64,000 nucleotides of DNA from Octopus vulgaris (taxonomy: Eukaryota): contig OX597815.1 of the NCBI GenBank assembly GCA_951406725.2, positions 159,154,001-159,218,000 on the forward strand. The letters are read 5' to 3'. The notes below the pieces were generated by a model. It was given only the letters and a program-made list of their open reading frames with translations, did no database searches and had not been told where the DNA came from. Of this stretch, positions 51,581-64,000 are shown in pieces. Positions within the stretch are counted from its first letter, which is position 1. Each line of letters opens with the position of its first letter. The position numbers and the translations under genes were made by a program.

Positions 51581-52735
51581 TATGTATGTATGTATGTGTG
51601 TGTGTGAGTGAGTGTTACTGTCTCCTTGCTTTGACATTCCTTGACAGTTGTAAATGAGCATCACTGTTAAGCAAGCAGTGTTTTTCATTTCCAATAACAC
51701 GTTAAGCCATGGAGACAGGGGAAAGTAGGCAACATGAAAGGCATCTGGCTGCTGGAAATCCAGTCCAACCCATGCCAGTATGGAAAAGTGGTCATTAAAA
51801 CAGTGATGGTGGTGATATGTATGCATATGTGTGTGTATGTGTGTAATACATACATGTACATCGTACAACTGTGTGCTATCTGACTAGTAGTCTGAGCTAT
51901 TGTTTTTATAAAGTATAATTACACCTCAATGTGGAACTCCTACAATGGATAATAACCCTCATTTCATGGTAGGATCATCAAAGTAGCGTATACTTTACCA
52001 CATAAACACCCCAACACCCCACCTTCACAACACCCATAGACAATACACACACATACAAAAGGGGGAAAAAAAAAACAGACGCTTTTGAATGTAAGCAATA
52101 TACTACGTGGGAACATCTGTAAATCAAATGACAAAAAACCTAATAATAACCACATTCATAATGATGATGAGGATGAGGGGGAGGAGGAGGAGGATGGTCA
52201 AAGTGATTGCTATGATTCAACTATGAAAAATAAAAAACAACAACAAAAATCGCATGCATACACATACATATGCATACATAACAAAAAAAAAAAATTACAA
52301 AAAAACCCCAAAAAACAAAAAAAAAAAAAAAAAAACTTGCAAAACTAAGAACCATTCTAATATTTTTTTGCAAATATTCTTTAAATGTTCTTTTGAAGTT
52401 GTTTGCAAGTTATTATGTTTTGATATAAAGATTTCTGAGAATTCCAGCTGCAAAGAAAGACATGCAAAACACACTATTTTCTTTTCTAAATGGTAAGAAA
52501 CACTTGAAGAGAAGCAGTTAGAAATAATGAAAAAGTGTTGATGTAAGTGAATTGTTGATAATGTAAATTCTAAAAACCAGAATTTCAAAGAGAGCTATCA
52601 TTTCTAAGAGGTACCAAAAGTAATAACGAAATGAAAAAGAAAGGGGAGAAAATGATTAAATATTAAAACAAAAAGAAAATATTCTTCTTTTTCATATTGT
52701 TGTTGTTGTTGTTATTATCATTATAATGATTATTA

Positions 52736-52777
<42 letters not shown>

Positions 52778-53477
52778 CATAGTGTGTTTTTGGCTTGGTT
52801 TCTACGGCTGGATGCCCTTGCACACACCAGCCACTTTATATAGTGCGCGTAAAAAGCACCCAGTACATACTGTAGAGAGGTTGGTGTTAGGAAGGGCATC
52901 CAGCTATAGAAACTAAGCTAAAACAGACTATGGAACCTGGTGTAGTCCCTGGCCCTATTAGTTCCTGTCAAACCATCCTATTCAGGCCAGCATGGAAAAT
53001 GGATGTTAAATAATGGTTGTTGTTGTTGTTGTTGTTATTGTTATTATTATTATTATTATTTTTATTAAGGTAGTGAGCTGGCAGAAATGTGAGTGGTATT
53101 TCATCTGTCTTTATGCTCTGAGTCTAAATTCTGCCAAGGTCAACTTTGCCTTTCATCCTTTCGGGGTTGATAAATTAAGTATCAGTTTCATACTGGGGTC
53201 AATCTAACTGACTGACCTCCCCCCACCCCCAAAGTTTCGGGCCTTGGGCTTAGAGTAGAAAAGATTATTATTATTAATCATTAGCATGCTGGGTGAAATG
53301 CTTAGTGACATTTCATCTGCCTTTACGCTCTGAGGTCAACTTTGCTTTTCATCCTTTTGGGGTTGATAAATTAAGTACCAGTGAAACACTGGGATTGATG
53401 TAATTGACCAATCCCCTCCCTGCAAACTCCAGGCCTTGTGCCTTTAGTGGAAAGTATTATTATTATTATTACTATTC

Positions 53478-54026
53478 TTGAGTGAAGGAGCAGCGTATGC
53501 CATTAAAGTGACACTGGAGTACAAATATACGAAGCCTAATATACCCATTATGACTACACATCCGATAAGGGTACACCAGGCACATACATCCCAACCATAT
53601 GTGCGCGACATAATGATTTCATGTCAATATAAACAGTGTATGACCTTGCAAGTGGGCTCTGGTTAGAATTTTCTTAACATTGAGTAGCCCATCCTGCTCA
53701 AAAGATCACTGAATAAGGGTCGTTTAAGGATGTTAAATGAAACACCCATGTTTCTGGAGGTGAATTATTCAAATCCCGAAGAACTCCTCTCAACACATGG
53801 CTATTATGTTCTCTCACTACTCCTGCTTGTAATCAGAGATACACATATCATCAGCCACTATGGGACATGCTCAACTGGTTAAGGTCAAGCAACTGATAAG
53901 CAGATCTGTGGTATTGAACAGAATATTTGCTGTAGCCCATCTTTTTTTTACACTAAAACAAAACATGTACATGATAACACTTTCAATCAGTTAAGATCAG
54001 AAGCCATGAGAGCCAGTTCCTGGTAC
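53478..54026. mobile_element. ~550-bp non-coding insert in (ATT)n, next to a Dong/R4 fragment
   Basis: Complex sequence bounded on both sides by (TAT)n; classification uncertain. Confidence 0.45.
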
Positions 54027-54051
54027 TTATTATTATTATTATTATTATCAT

Positions 54052-54284
54052 TCAGTAGTCTTACATTTATCATGTGCTTTCACTGCACGACTGAGCACAG
54101 CCTGGTGTGTCTTGGGTTTGTTGTGATGCTCTTATTTTTACTGTATTGAAAGTGTTTTATGTAGGATGTGAGAAGTGCCTAGTAGTGCTATTTTCTGTAT
54201 GTTATATATATTTGTTAGTCCTGGTGTTTTTGTTATGTATTTGTCTGAATATTTTTTTATCATACCTAATGCACCTATTATGAT
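54052..54284 (-). pseudogene. Dong/R4-clade LINE C-terminus plus 3' UTR in (TAA)n
   Basis: IIIGALGMIKKYSDKYITKTPGLTNIYNIQKIALLGTSHILHKTLSIQ* (stop 54138-54140) resembles the end of the R4-type restriction-like endonuclease; Dong elements target (TAA)n. Confidence 0.8.
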
Positions 54285-55032
54285 ATATTATTATTATTAT
54301 TATTATTATTTTATGTTCTGAGTTCAAATTCTGTTGAGGTTGATTTTGTGTTTCCTCTTATTTTTGACAAGTTAAGTACCAGTTGAACCCTGGGGTTACT
54401 GTAATCAACTAGTCCTTTGCCCCTAGAATTTCAATCCTAGTGTCTACAGCAGAAAGAATTAATGATTTCAAATTTTGGTACAAGGCCAGCATTCAACTGG
54501 TACTTATTTAACTGACCCAAAAAGATGATAGGCAAAGTCAACCTTGGCTGAAGTTGAACTCAGAATGTGACGACAGACAAAATACCTATTTCTTTACTAC
54601 CCACAAGGGGCTAAACACAGAGGGAACAAACAAGGACAGACAAACGATTACATTGACCCCAGTGCATAACAGGTACTTATTTAATCAACCTCGAAAGGAT
54701 GAAAGGCAAAGTTGACCTCGGTGGACTTTGAACTCAGAACGTAACGGCAGGCGAAATACCGCTAAGCATTTCGCCCGGCATGCTAACGTTTCTGCCAGCT
54801 CGCTACTCTAGAGGAAGAATTATTATTATCATTAAGGTGGTAGACTAGCAGAAGCATTAATGTGACAAACAATGCTTAGTGGCATTTCTTCCCAACTTGT
54901 TATATTCTAAATTCAAATTCTGTGAAGGCTGACTTTGCCTTTTGTCTTTCTTGGATCAATAAAATGAATACCAGTTAAACAGTGAGGTTGATGTAATTGA
55001 CTAGCCTCCCCCACCCAAATTTCAGGCCTTGT

Positions 55033-55243
55033 AGGAGCTTTCTCCGTCCGGGTTGCGGATCCGTGGAACAAGCTGCCAGACGAGATGGTAAAGATGCCGA
55101 CGACCGCTTTGTTCAAAGCCTCCCTGGACCTCAAGTGGCCTGAACTCTTTACATGAACACCACCCTGTACTTAACTCCATGTCCCCCTATATGGCCTTGC
55201 TATTTGCTTTTGAGCCAAATTAACTAACTAACTAACTAACTAA
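55033..55243 (+). pseudogene. CR1-clade LINE 3' end with (TAAC)n tail
   Basis: GAFSVRVADPWNKLPDEMVKMPTTALFKASLDLKW matches the FSxRVxxxWNxLP...FKxxLD C-terminal motif; inserted into a SINE B tail. Confidence 0.8.
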
Positions 55244-56159
55244 GTAGAAAGGGTTATTGTTATTATTAAGGCGGTGAACTGGCAGAATCATTAGCATGCC
55301 AGGCGAAATGCTTAGTGGTATTTTGTCTGTCGCTACGTTCTGAGTTCAAATTCTGCTGAGGTCAACTTTGCCTTTCATCCTTTTGGAGTTGATAGATTAG
55401 GTACCAGAGAAACATTGAGGTTGATGTAATCAACTAGTTTCCCCCACTCAAATTTCAAGCCTTGTGTCTTCAGTAGAAAGGATTATTATCATTATCAAAG
55501 GCAGCGAGCTGGCAGAATTGTTAGCATGCTGGACAAAATGCTTAACGGTGTTTCGCCCATCGCTACGTTCTGAGTTCAAATTCCCCTAAGGTCAACTTTG
55601 TCTTTCATCCTTTCAGGGTTGATAAAATGAGTACCAGATGAACACTGGGGCTGATGTAATCAACTTATCCCCTCCCTCGAAACTGCTGCCCTTGTGGAAA
55701 AATTTGAAACCGTTATTATTATTAGCTGGCAGAATCGTTAGCATGCTGGGCAAAATGCTTAGCAGTATTTCATCTGCTGTTATGTTCTGAGTTCAAATTC
55801 CACTGAGGTTGACTTTGCCTTTCATTTTTTCAGGGTCATGCTTTAGTGGTTAGGGTGTTGCACTCATGATCACAAGGTCATGGTTTCAATTTCCAAACTG
55901 GTGGTTCATTGTGTTTTTCAGCATAACACTTTATTTCACATTGCTCCAGTCCACTCAGCTGTAAATGGGTAACCCTGCAAATGGATTAAACTTCCAGTCA
56001 AGTGGAATGTTGGCCTACCCACCTACTCAACAGGGTAGCATTATTCAAAAGCTACAACATGAGGAAGTACATTGTGAGCAGCAGTGTATAACAATATCCA
56101 ATAGTCTGGTTCATACAGCGATTTGTATCACAGCTATGTTTTATAAAGGATACCACCAA

Positions 56160-56540
56160 CAGGCGTGGCTGTGTGGTAAGAAGCTTGCTTACCAACATTA
56201 TGGTTCTGGGTTCAGTCCCACTACATGACACCTTGGGCAAGTGTCTTCTACTATAGCTTCGGGCTGAGCAAAGCTTTGTGAGTGGATTTAGTAGATGGAA
56301 ACTGAAAGAAGTCCATCATATATATACATATATCTCTGTGTCTTCATGTCTGTATTTGTTCCTCCACCATTGCTTGACAACCGATGTTGGTGTGTTTACA
56401 TCCCTGTAACTTAGCAGTTTGGCAAAAAGGGCCAATAGAATAAATCATTGGGTTGATTTCTGCAGCTAAAAGCCCTTTAAGGCAGTGCTCCAGCATAGCC
56501 ACAGTCAAATGACTGAAACAAGTAAAAGAATAAAAGAAAA
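56160..56540 (+). mobile_element. SINE family A
   Basis: Matches the family consensus. Confidence 0.82.
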
Positions 56541-57916
56541 AGTACTGAGAAATCACAATGGGATTGTTTGATTTGCAAGAAATAACAGTAAAACCCCTTC
56601 TGACCACACCATTCTGTTATAAGGACAAAGAAGAACATGAATATGAAGGACTGGAAGAAGTGCCACAAAGCATTTTGTCTGATGCGTAAATGATTCTAGC
56701 ACCAGCCATCTTACGTAAAACCTTTGAGAGACCAGGAACCATTATTGTTGGAAGCTGGTAACAGAAAATTAATCAACTATGTTAAGATATCACTGTTCAT
56801 TGTTCATCTTGTAGTGGCATACAGTGAAAATGAAATGTCTGTATTCTGCTGAGAAAATTTACAGCTAACTAGAAAGATATATCAAATAATTCTTAACAGA
56901 TCTACAGCTGAATGTTAGTAGAGGAAAGAATGAATATAATGGCACTGTGCGTACACTGCTTCTCTTCCAGCCTATCTAATCCTAGAGGATATCATTTTCT
57001 TCTCTCTTTCTCTTTCAATCACAGAATCTGCTTTTCTTATTGGGACAGGTCAGACATAAATAATCTTAGTTTAATTAACAGTGAGGCAGATAGTCATATT
57101 ATCTCTCGAAGGTAAAGATGCATTGCTGTTTGCTATCTTGACAACTTGAGATAAACTGCAGAAAATCCCCAGCTAAACAGATTACAACAAAGATCATTGG
57201 AATAACATTTGTTCAATCTGTACACAATTCTCTATTCTTTCACATAGCTTTTCTTTTGTTGTTTGTTAGAATTCTAGCTTCCTCAAGCACCATACCTTAT
57301 TTCTCAAAAGCTTAAAGACGAAGGTAAGGTAAGAGTTTCTATGGGTTTTTTTCTTCCCTTTTCTTTCAGATAGACAAGAAATATAGTTTGCTTGTCCTAT
57401 GTTTTTTTTCTTAATTGTTCTGAATTCAAGAGATGGAGTTGGTGGGGTGGAGAAAGATATAAATTTTAAAAGAAAGCAAAAAAAAAAAAGCATAAAAATG
57501 CAAAAACCAAACAAATGAAGAAATCCAGAAAGAAACAATTTACAATTTCTCTAAATAACAAACTGTAACAGATATTTCATCAGATTCAAATACTGAGTAT
57601 ATTTATGGCTATTTGGTAAGAATTTTGCTTCCCAACCACATGGTTCCTGGTTCAGTCCCTCTGTGTGGCACTATCATAGCCTCAAGTCAACAAAGCCTTG
57701 TGAGTGGATCTCTTTTACTTGTTTCAGTCATTTGACTGCAGCCATGCTGGAGCACTACCTTTAGTCGAGCAAATCAACCCCAGGACTTATTCTTTGTAAG
57801 CCTAGTACTTATTCTATTGGTCACTTTTGCTGAACCGCTAAGTTACGGGGATGTAAACACACCAGCATCAGTTGTTAAGCGATGTTGGGAGGACAAATAC
57901 AGACGTATACACACAC

Positions 57917-57970
<54 letters not shown>

Positions 57971-57973
<3 letters not shown>

Positions 57974-59224
57974 GGTAGAAACTCTATAAGATGCACCAAG
58001 TGTAAGCTATGGACACATAAGAGGTGCAGCAATGTCAAAGGAAGGCTAACTAGGAAGATAGTTTTTGTCTGTGGCAGATGCTCAGGAGTCATAAACACTG
58101 AAAATACGCAGAGACCATCTTCCGCCACATTCCAGGGAGAAAAACTAGAAATAGTTGATAGCTTCCGTTACCTAGGTGACCAAGTCAGTAGCGGGGGCGG
58201 GTGTGCTGAAAGCGTAACTGCTAGAGTAAGAATAGTCTGGGCAAAGTTCAGAGAGCTCTTACCTCTGCTGGTGACAAAAGGCCTCTCGCTCAGAGTAAAA
58301 GGCAGATTGTATGACGCATGTGTACGAACAGCCATGCTACATGGCAGTGAAACATGGGCCCTGACTGCATAAGCTCGCAAGAAATGAAGCCAGTATGCTC
58401 TGATGGATGTGTAATGTCAGTGTTCATACTCAACAGAGTGTAAGTACTTTGAGAGAAAAGTTGGACCTAAGAAGCATCAGTTGTGGTGTGCAAGAGAGAC
58501 GTTTGCGCTGGTATAGTCATGTGGCGAGAATGGATGAAGATAGTTGTGTGAAAAAGTGCCACACCCTAGCGGTTGAGGGAACCTGTGGAAGAGGTAGACC
58601 CAGGAAAACCTGGGACGAGGTGGTGAAGCACGACCTTCGAACTTTAGGTCTCACCGAGGAAATGACTAGAGACCGAGACCATTGGATGTATGCCATGCGT
58701 GAGAAAACCTGGCAGGACAGGTGAGGCCATAATCCTGTGGCCTCTACATGGGATGTAGCCAGCCCACTTATGTGTTCCTTTCCTTCTTGGGACACAAAAC
58801 TCCACTTGTGAAAACCTGTTGAGGCAAGTGAAAATCAAAATCAAAATCAAAATTGTAATCTATCAACATCAGTGGAATTTGTAGCTGTGATACCAGTGCC
58901 GGTGGCATGTAAGAGATCCATCCGAACATGGCTGTAGCCAGCGCTGCCCTGACTGGCTTCCGCGCCGGTGGCACGTAAAAAGCACCATCCGACCGTGGCT
59001 ATTGCCAGCCTCGTCCGGTCTCCGTGCCGGTGGCACGTAAAAAGCACCCACTACACTCACGGAGTGGTTGGCGTTAGGAAGGGCATCCAGCTGTAGAAAC
59101 ACTGCCAGATCAGACTGGGCCTGGTGCAACCTTCTGGCTTCCCAGACCCCAGTTGAACCGTCCAACCCATGCTAGCAATGGAAAGCGGACGTTAAACGAT
59201 GATGATGATGATGATGATGATGAT
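57971..59224 (+). mobile_element. 5'-truncated RTE-clade LINE: C-terminal coding region (to 58724), long 3' UTR and (GAT)n tail
   Basis: CTKCKLWTHKRC..CGRC, EIVDSFRYLG, KGRLYDACVRTAMLHGSETW, RRLRWYSHVARM, GRGRPRKTW; frameshift at ~58370. Confidence 0.93.
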
Positions 59225-59541
59225 ATATGTTGAGCGGACTGGAGCAATGTAAAAAAAATGTTTTGCTCAAGAATGCAATGCATCACCCGGTCCAAGAATT
59301 GAAACCACAAGCTTATGACCATGAGTCCAACACCTAACAGCTAAGCTAGGTGCCTCCACATGTCTCATGTGGCCCACATAAAACAAGTAAAAGGTAAACA
59401 ATAAAAGATCTATGTACACATAGATGGATGAGTCTCTGTCAGTTCTGGTGATGAGAGTTTAGTTGTTCTGGCAACTGAATCACCAGTTCGATGAATTAGT
59501 GAGTAAGTGACTGAGCATCAAACAGGCATATGTAGCCTTAA

Positions 59542-59735
59542 CCCTTTAGCATTTAATCCAGCCATTTCCAACCCAAATACTGACCAGATCCAACCTCTCA
59601 CACTTACCCTACAATGTCATTCTAAAAATAAACACACTATTGAAATCTCAAAGCTACAAGCTAAAGCATGATTCATTCAAAACAATGTGAGTAAATAAGC
59701 ATTTCATTTGCGAGATATACCTGGATGCTAAAGGG
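59542..59735. mobile_element. piggyBac-type MITE
   Basis: TTAA|CCCTTTAGCAT...ATGCTAAAGGG|TTAA. Confidence 0.82.
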
Positions 59736-60892
59736 TTAATCTTAATCTCAGGTGACAGAATCACCATGACATTGTGTGACAAGGCTGTACCTTTGAATTA
59801 CAGGTACAATCCACTTAATGGGCTTCTACACAGTTTCCATCAACCCAATAACATTTACAAGGTCACAAGGTATGGGTTGAACTTGGGGCTATTGAAAAAT
59901 TACATGGGTAAGAAACCAAAGAGTGAGATTGAACCTGGTACCTCGAGATTAAAAAAATGAGCTTCTTTAGTCATTTGGCCCTACTGCATTTACCCACACA
60001 TGCACGCACACACACACATATATACACAACTGAGCATCAGCGGCTTAGTGTGGTAAAAGTTTCACCTATTTTATTCAAAATTACAATGATCTGAAGATAA
60101 CAGATTCAAAGTAAAACAAAAATTACAAAATGTCCAATTTTAATTTCAAGGCAACTTGGGAGATCTACATAATCTTTGTATGCGTGTGTGTACTGATAGG
60201 ACGCTGAAAGACAGAGTGAAGGAGAGAGAAAGAAGAGGGAAAAGAATGTGAGTGTATATAAATGTATGCATAACGCAATGAAATGATTGGTCAAAATTTT
60301 TCACTAGTTCTAAATTAAAGTAAATTATAAGTCATTTTTTTTTTTCAGTTTCTACACCAGGAAGAAAAAAATGCCCACAATCTGATATCACATACCAGCT
60401 GGTCTCCATTGCTTTCATTCTTTTCTTAGCATTGGAAAGGAAAAAATTAAACTTTTTTTTTTTAAATTTGAAACCTGATAAAAATAAGACTTTCTCATTG
60501 CTTTTTGTTCTTTTTCCCTATAGCAAAAAAACTTAAAGATTGGAAGAAAAAAAATAAAAAACTGAATCAATTTTTTTTTTTAGCTAATGTCAATGAAAAC
60601 CAAGTTTGATATATTGTATAAAGAGTTTGTTGAACGTTATTTTTTTTAATCAGGAAAATATGCAGCAACACAGAGGAAGTCTAATTTCACACACACGACA
60701 CCAAGTGTTAACTAAAAGACACTCATCAAAAACAAAAAAGGAAGAGTAGCAGGTCTTGCTGTAGCTTTTAACTCTATCAAGAATACTGCAGAGCTGCTGT
60801 CAATGTATCTTGTATTCTATCCAGGCATGGAATTCTGCTCCATTTATCATGCAGTAGAATAAGAAAATAAGAGGTAAAATAAATATTGTCGA

Positions 60893-61292
60893 ACAGGAGT
60901 GACTGTGTGGTAAGTAGCTTGCTTACCAACCACATGGTTCCGGGTTCAGTCCCACTGCGTGGCATCTTGGGCAAGTGTCTTCTACTATAGCCTCGGGCTG
61001 ACCAAAGCCTTGTGAGTGGATTTGGTAGACGGAAACTGAAAGAAGCCCGTCGTATATATGTATATATATGTATGTGTGTGTGTCTGTGTTTGTCCCCCTA
61101 GCATTGCTTGACAACCGATGCTGGTGTGTTTATGTGCTCTGTAACTTAGCGGTTCGGCAAAAGAGACCGATAGAATAAGTACTAGGCTTACAAAGAATAA
61201 GTCCTGGGGTCAATTTGCTCGACTAAAGGTAGTGCTCCAGCATGGCTGCAGTCAAATGACTGAAATAAGTAAAAGAGTAAAAGAGCAAGAGT
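60893..61292 (+). mobile_element. SINE family A, near full length
   Basis: Matches the family consensus. Confidence 0.88.
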
Positions 61293-61972
61293 AAACTGAG
61301 ATCTGAGGCAGAGTAATTTAGAGTTCAATAATAAGGATTGGCCGAAGTATTTGAGACCTTGAATAAAATACCTGAGGTATTTGGTTATGGTCTTCTATAT
61401 CTCTGAGTTCAAATCATGCTGAGCTTAACTTTGCCTTTCGTCTGGGAAGACAAAAATAAAGTGCCAATCGTATATACAGTGGTTGATTTAATAATCCTAT
61501 AAAGCATTACAGATCATCTTCACTATTGTTTTAACATTCACTTTTTTCATGTTTGAATGGGTCAGAGGGAATTTGTTGAGGTGGACTTCTTACAGCTGGA
61601 TGCCCTTCCTGTCACCAACCCTCACTTGTTTTCAAGTAAAGTAATATCTCCTCACAGCCAGGCAAGCTGTTTCCATGCAAGATCAGAAATGAAGGACACT
61701 GCTTGTATGAAGGTGACATCTGTTTACAACTACCACAAGTTCAAGGCAAGAAGGCACAAACATATGCATACACACATGTATATATAGATACATATATACA
61801 CACATGTGTGAGAGGAGGTTCTTGTATTCAACCCACGTCTTTTGGAACAGGTTTAATCCAGAGTAAAACAATAACCATTAATCAACTAGGGCACCTCAAC
61901 ATAAGTTCTCATCCAATCAGAAATAACAGCCACAAGTCCCTCCAAATCACGCCCTAGCATTTGTTTTATTTT

Positions 61973-62352
61973 ATCCTTTACTTGTTTCAGTTATTAAACT
62001 GCAACCTTGCTGGAGCATCACCTGGAAGAACTTTTAGTCGAATGAAGCAATCCCAGTACTTATTCTTTCTTTTTAAAACAGCGTACTTCGGTATCTTTTA
62101 CCAAACTGCAAAGTTTCGGGAACACAAACAAACCAACACCGGTTATCAAGTGGTGCTAGGAACACACACACACACACACGCACACATATATGATAGGTTT
62201 CTTTCAGTTTCTGTCTACCAAACCCACTCACAAGGTTTTGGTCAGTGCAAGGCTATAGTAGAATACACTTGCCCAAGTTGCCATGCAGTGAGACTGAACC
62301 CAGGACAATGTAGTTGAGAAGCAGGCTTCTTACCACACAACCACACCTTGCC
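61973..62352 (-). mobile_element. SINE family A (diverged)
   Basis: Reverse complement of the family consensus. Confidence 0.75.
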
Positions 62353-63104
62353 TTTTTAAAATTTTTTTAAAAGGACACCTCGGATATTGTGCTCTAAAAC
62401 ACACTATTCCAGAATGACAGTATGTGGAATACTTTTTGGATCAAAGGTCTAAAAGATTAGAATCAGAGATAACTTTGAGCTAAAGTGCAACAAGAACAAC
62501 AACAACCACAAGGATATAGTAGAATGATAAGAACTCAATCATCATTATAGTTTAAAATTAGAGATGTTGCAAAGAAGAAAACCATTGAATGTTAGAGTTA
62601 TGAAAGATTAAAATACAACACACCACACACCCACCAACCAACCAAACTTATCATCATTTAATCTTACAATAAACATTTCTCATTTACAGTAGCCACAAAA
62701 CTTGTCTAGATTATATCACTAACCAGTATTTCTTAATCTTTAGGGGTGGTCTCATGGAATCTTTACACAGAAACACATATAGTGTAAATATTAAGAAAAA
62801 AAACACAAAACAAAACAAAACAAAAAAGAAAACAAAAACAAAAACAAAAATCAATGAAAAAATTTAAAGAAAAGAGTAAGTAAAAATAGATGGAAGGGTA
62901 AGGGAAAGGAGAAGAGGGGTGAGGGGAAGAAGTTTCTGCTTAAACTGGTTGCAAAATTGTTTAGTGTGACAATGAAAAATTATAAAGAGGAACTCATAAG
63001 AAAATATCACTGCAACAGTTTATGTACACGTCTGTGTGTATGGATACACACACATATATATATATACAAACACGCATGTATATATACGTGTGTGTGTGTG
63101 TGTG

Positions 63105-63153
<49 letters not shown>

Positions 63154-63194
63154 TCATCATCATTGTTTAACGTTTGCCTTCCATGCTAGCATGG

Positions 63195-63225
<31 letters not shown>

Positions 63226-63268
63226 GATGTATTTATACATATATATATTTATTGATGTATATATAATG

Positions 63269-63320
<52 letters not shown>

Positions 63321-63436
63321 AATATACACACACATATATACACATATATAAGTATGTATGTATGTATACACATAACCATGCGTATATACATATAGACTTT
63401 ATAGACATGATATTACATATACATATGCGTATATAA

Positions 63437-63470
<34 letters not shown>

Positions 63471-63701
63471 AATTATACACATCACTACATGCACATACAT
63501 TGAAAGACATATTATTACATTTCACACACACACACGCATGCACATTCACAAGCACAACATAAATATTACACAGATGGAAACAATTTTCCATGAAAGTGAA
63601 CAAAAAAAAGCGACCAGACTGTTGATAAATGGAAAACAAAATAATACAAGCTTGAAAATAAAATACACATACAGGGAGAGAGAGAGAAAGAGAGAGATGG
63701 T

Positions 63702-63752
<51 letters not shown>

Positions 63753-64000
63753 GAAAACACATACAATACAATGATGAATAGGGGTGGGTGTATTAGAAAA
63801 AAAAAATCCACAACAGCGACTATGATGACAACAACAACAACAGCAACAACGACAAACTACTTATGAAGATGATGAGTACAAAACCAGTTCTTTAGCAAAA
63901 CGGTAGTTTATTTGAAAATTCTCTGAGTGTGTATTTTTAAGAGTGATTTGAAGAGCCAGAGTTAAATATGTCAACATTTATTAAATAAATTTTATTTGGA

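Larger units (their letters stand above)
53066..55836. mobile_element. Dense pile-up of about ten SINE B copies in (ATT)n, with nested LINE fragments
   Basis: Repeated GAGCTGGCAGAA..TTAGCATGC..GTTCTGAGTTCAAATTC..CTTTGCCTTTCATCC units separated by ATT runs. Confidence 0.8.

Overview
AT-rich, microsatellite-saturated eukaryotic DNA whose repeat repertoire looks like an octopus (coleoid cephalopod) genome; the organism is inferred. No complete host gene is evident and almost all listed ORFs are microsatellite or SINE artefacts. The main coding element is a Penelope-like retroelement (PLE) on the minus strand at about 1965-5760. It has an intact 447-aa coiled-coil plus N/Q/R-rich ORF1 and an RT/Cys-linker/GIY-YIG ORF2 in the -1 frame. 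The two ORFs overlap by about 60 nt, and the overlap contains an in-phase HIV-type slippery heptamer U_UUU_UUA, a gag-pol-like arrangement. Four short (TA)n-embedded elements carry minimal type-I hammerhead-ribozyme-like folds. The rest is RTE, CR1 and Dong/R4 LINE fragments, a DD37D (maT) Tc1/mariner derivative, piggyBac-, pogo- and Helitron-type non-autonomous elements, several tRNA-derived SINE families, a U2 snRNA 5' fragment, a foldback element and a few candidate small exons of a minus-strand host gene. Many boundaries are approximate, read by eye.
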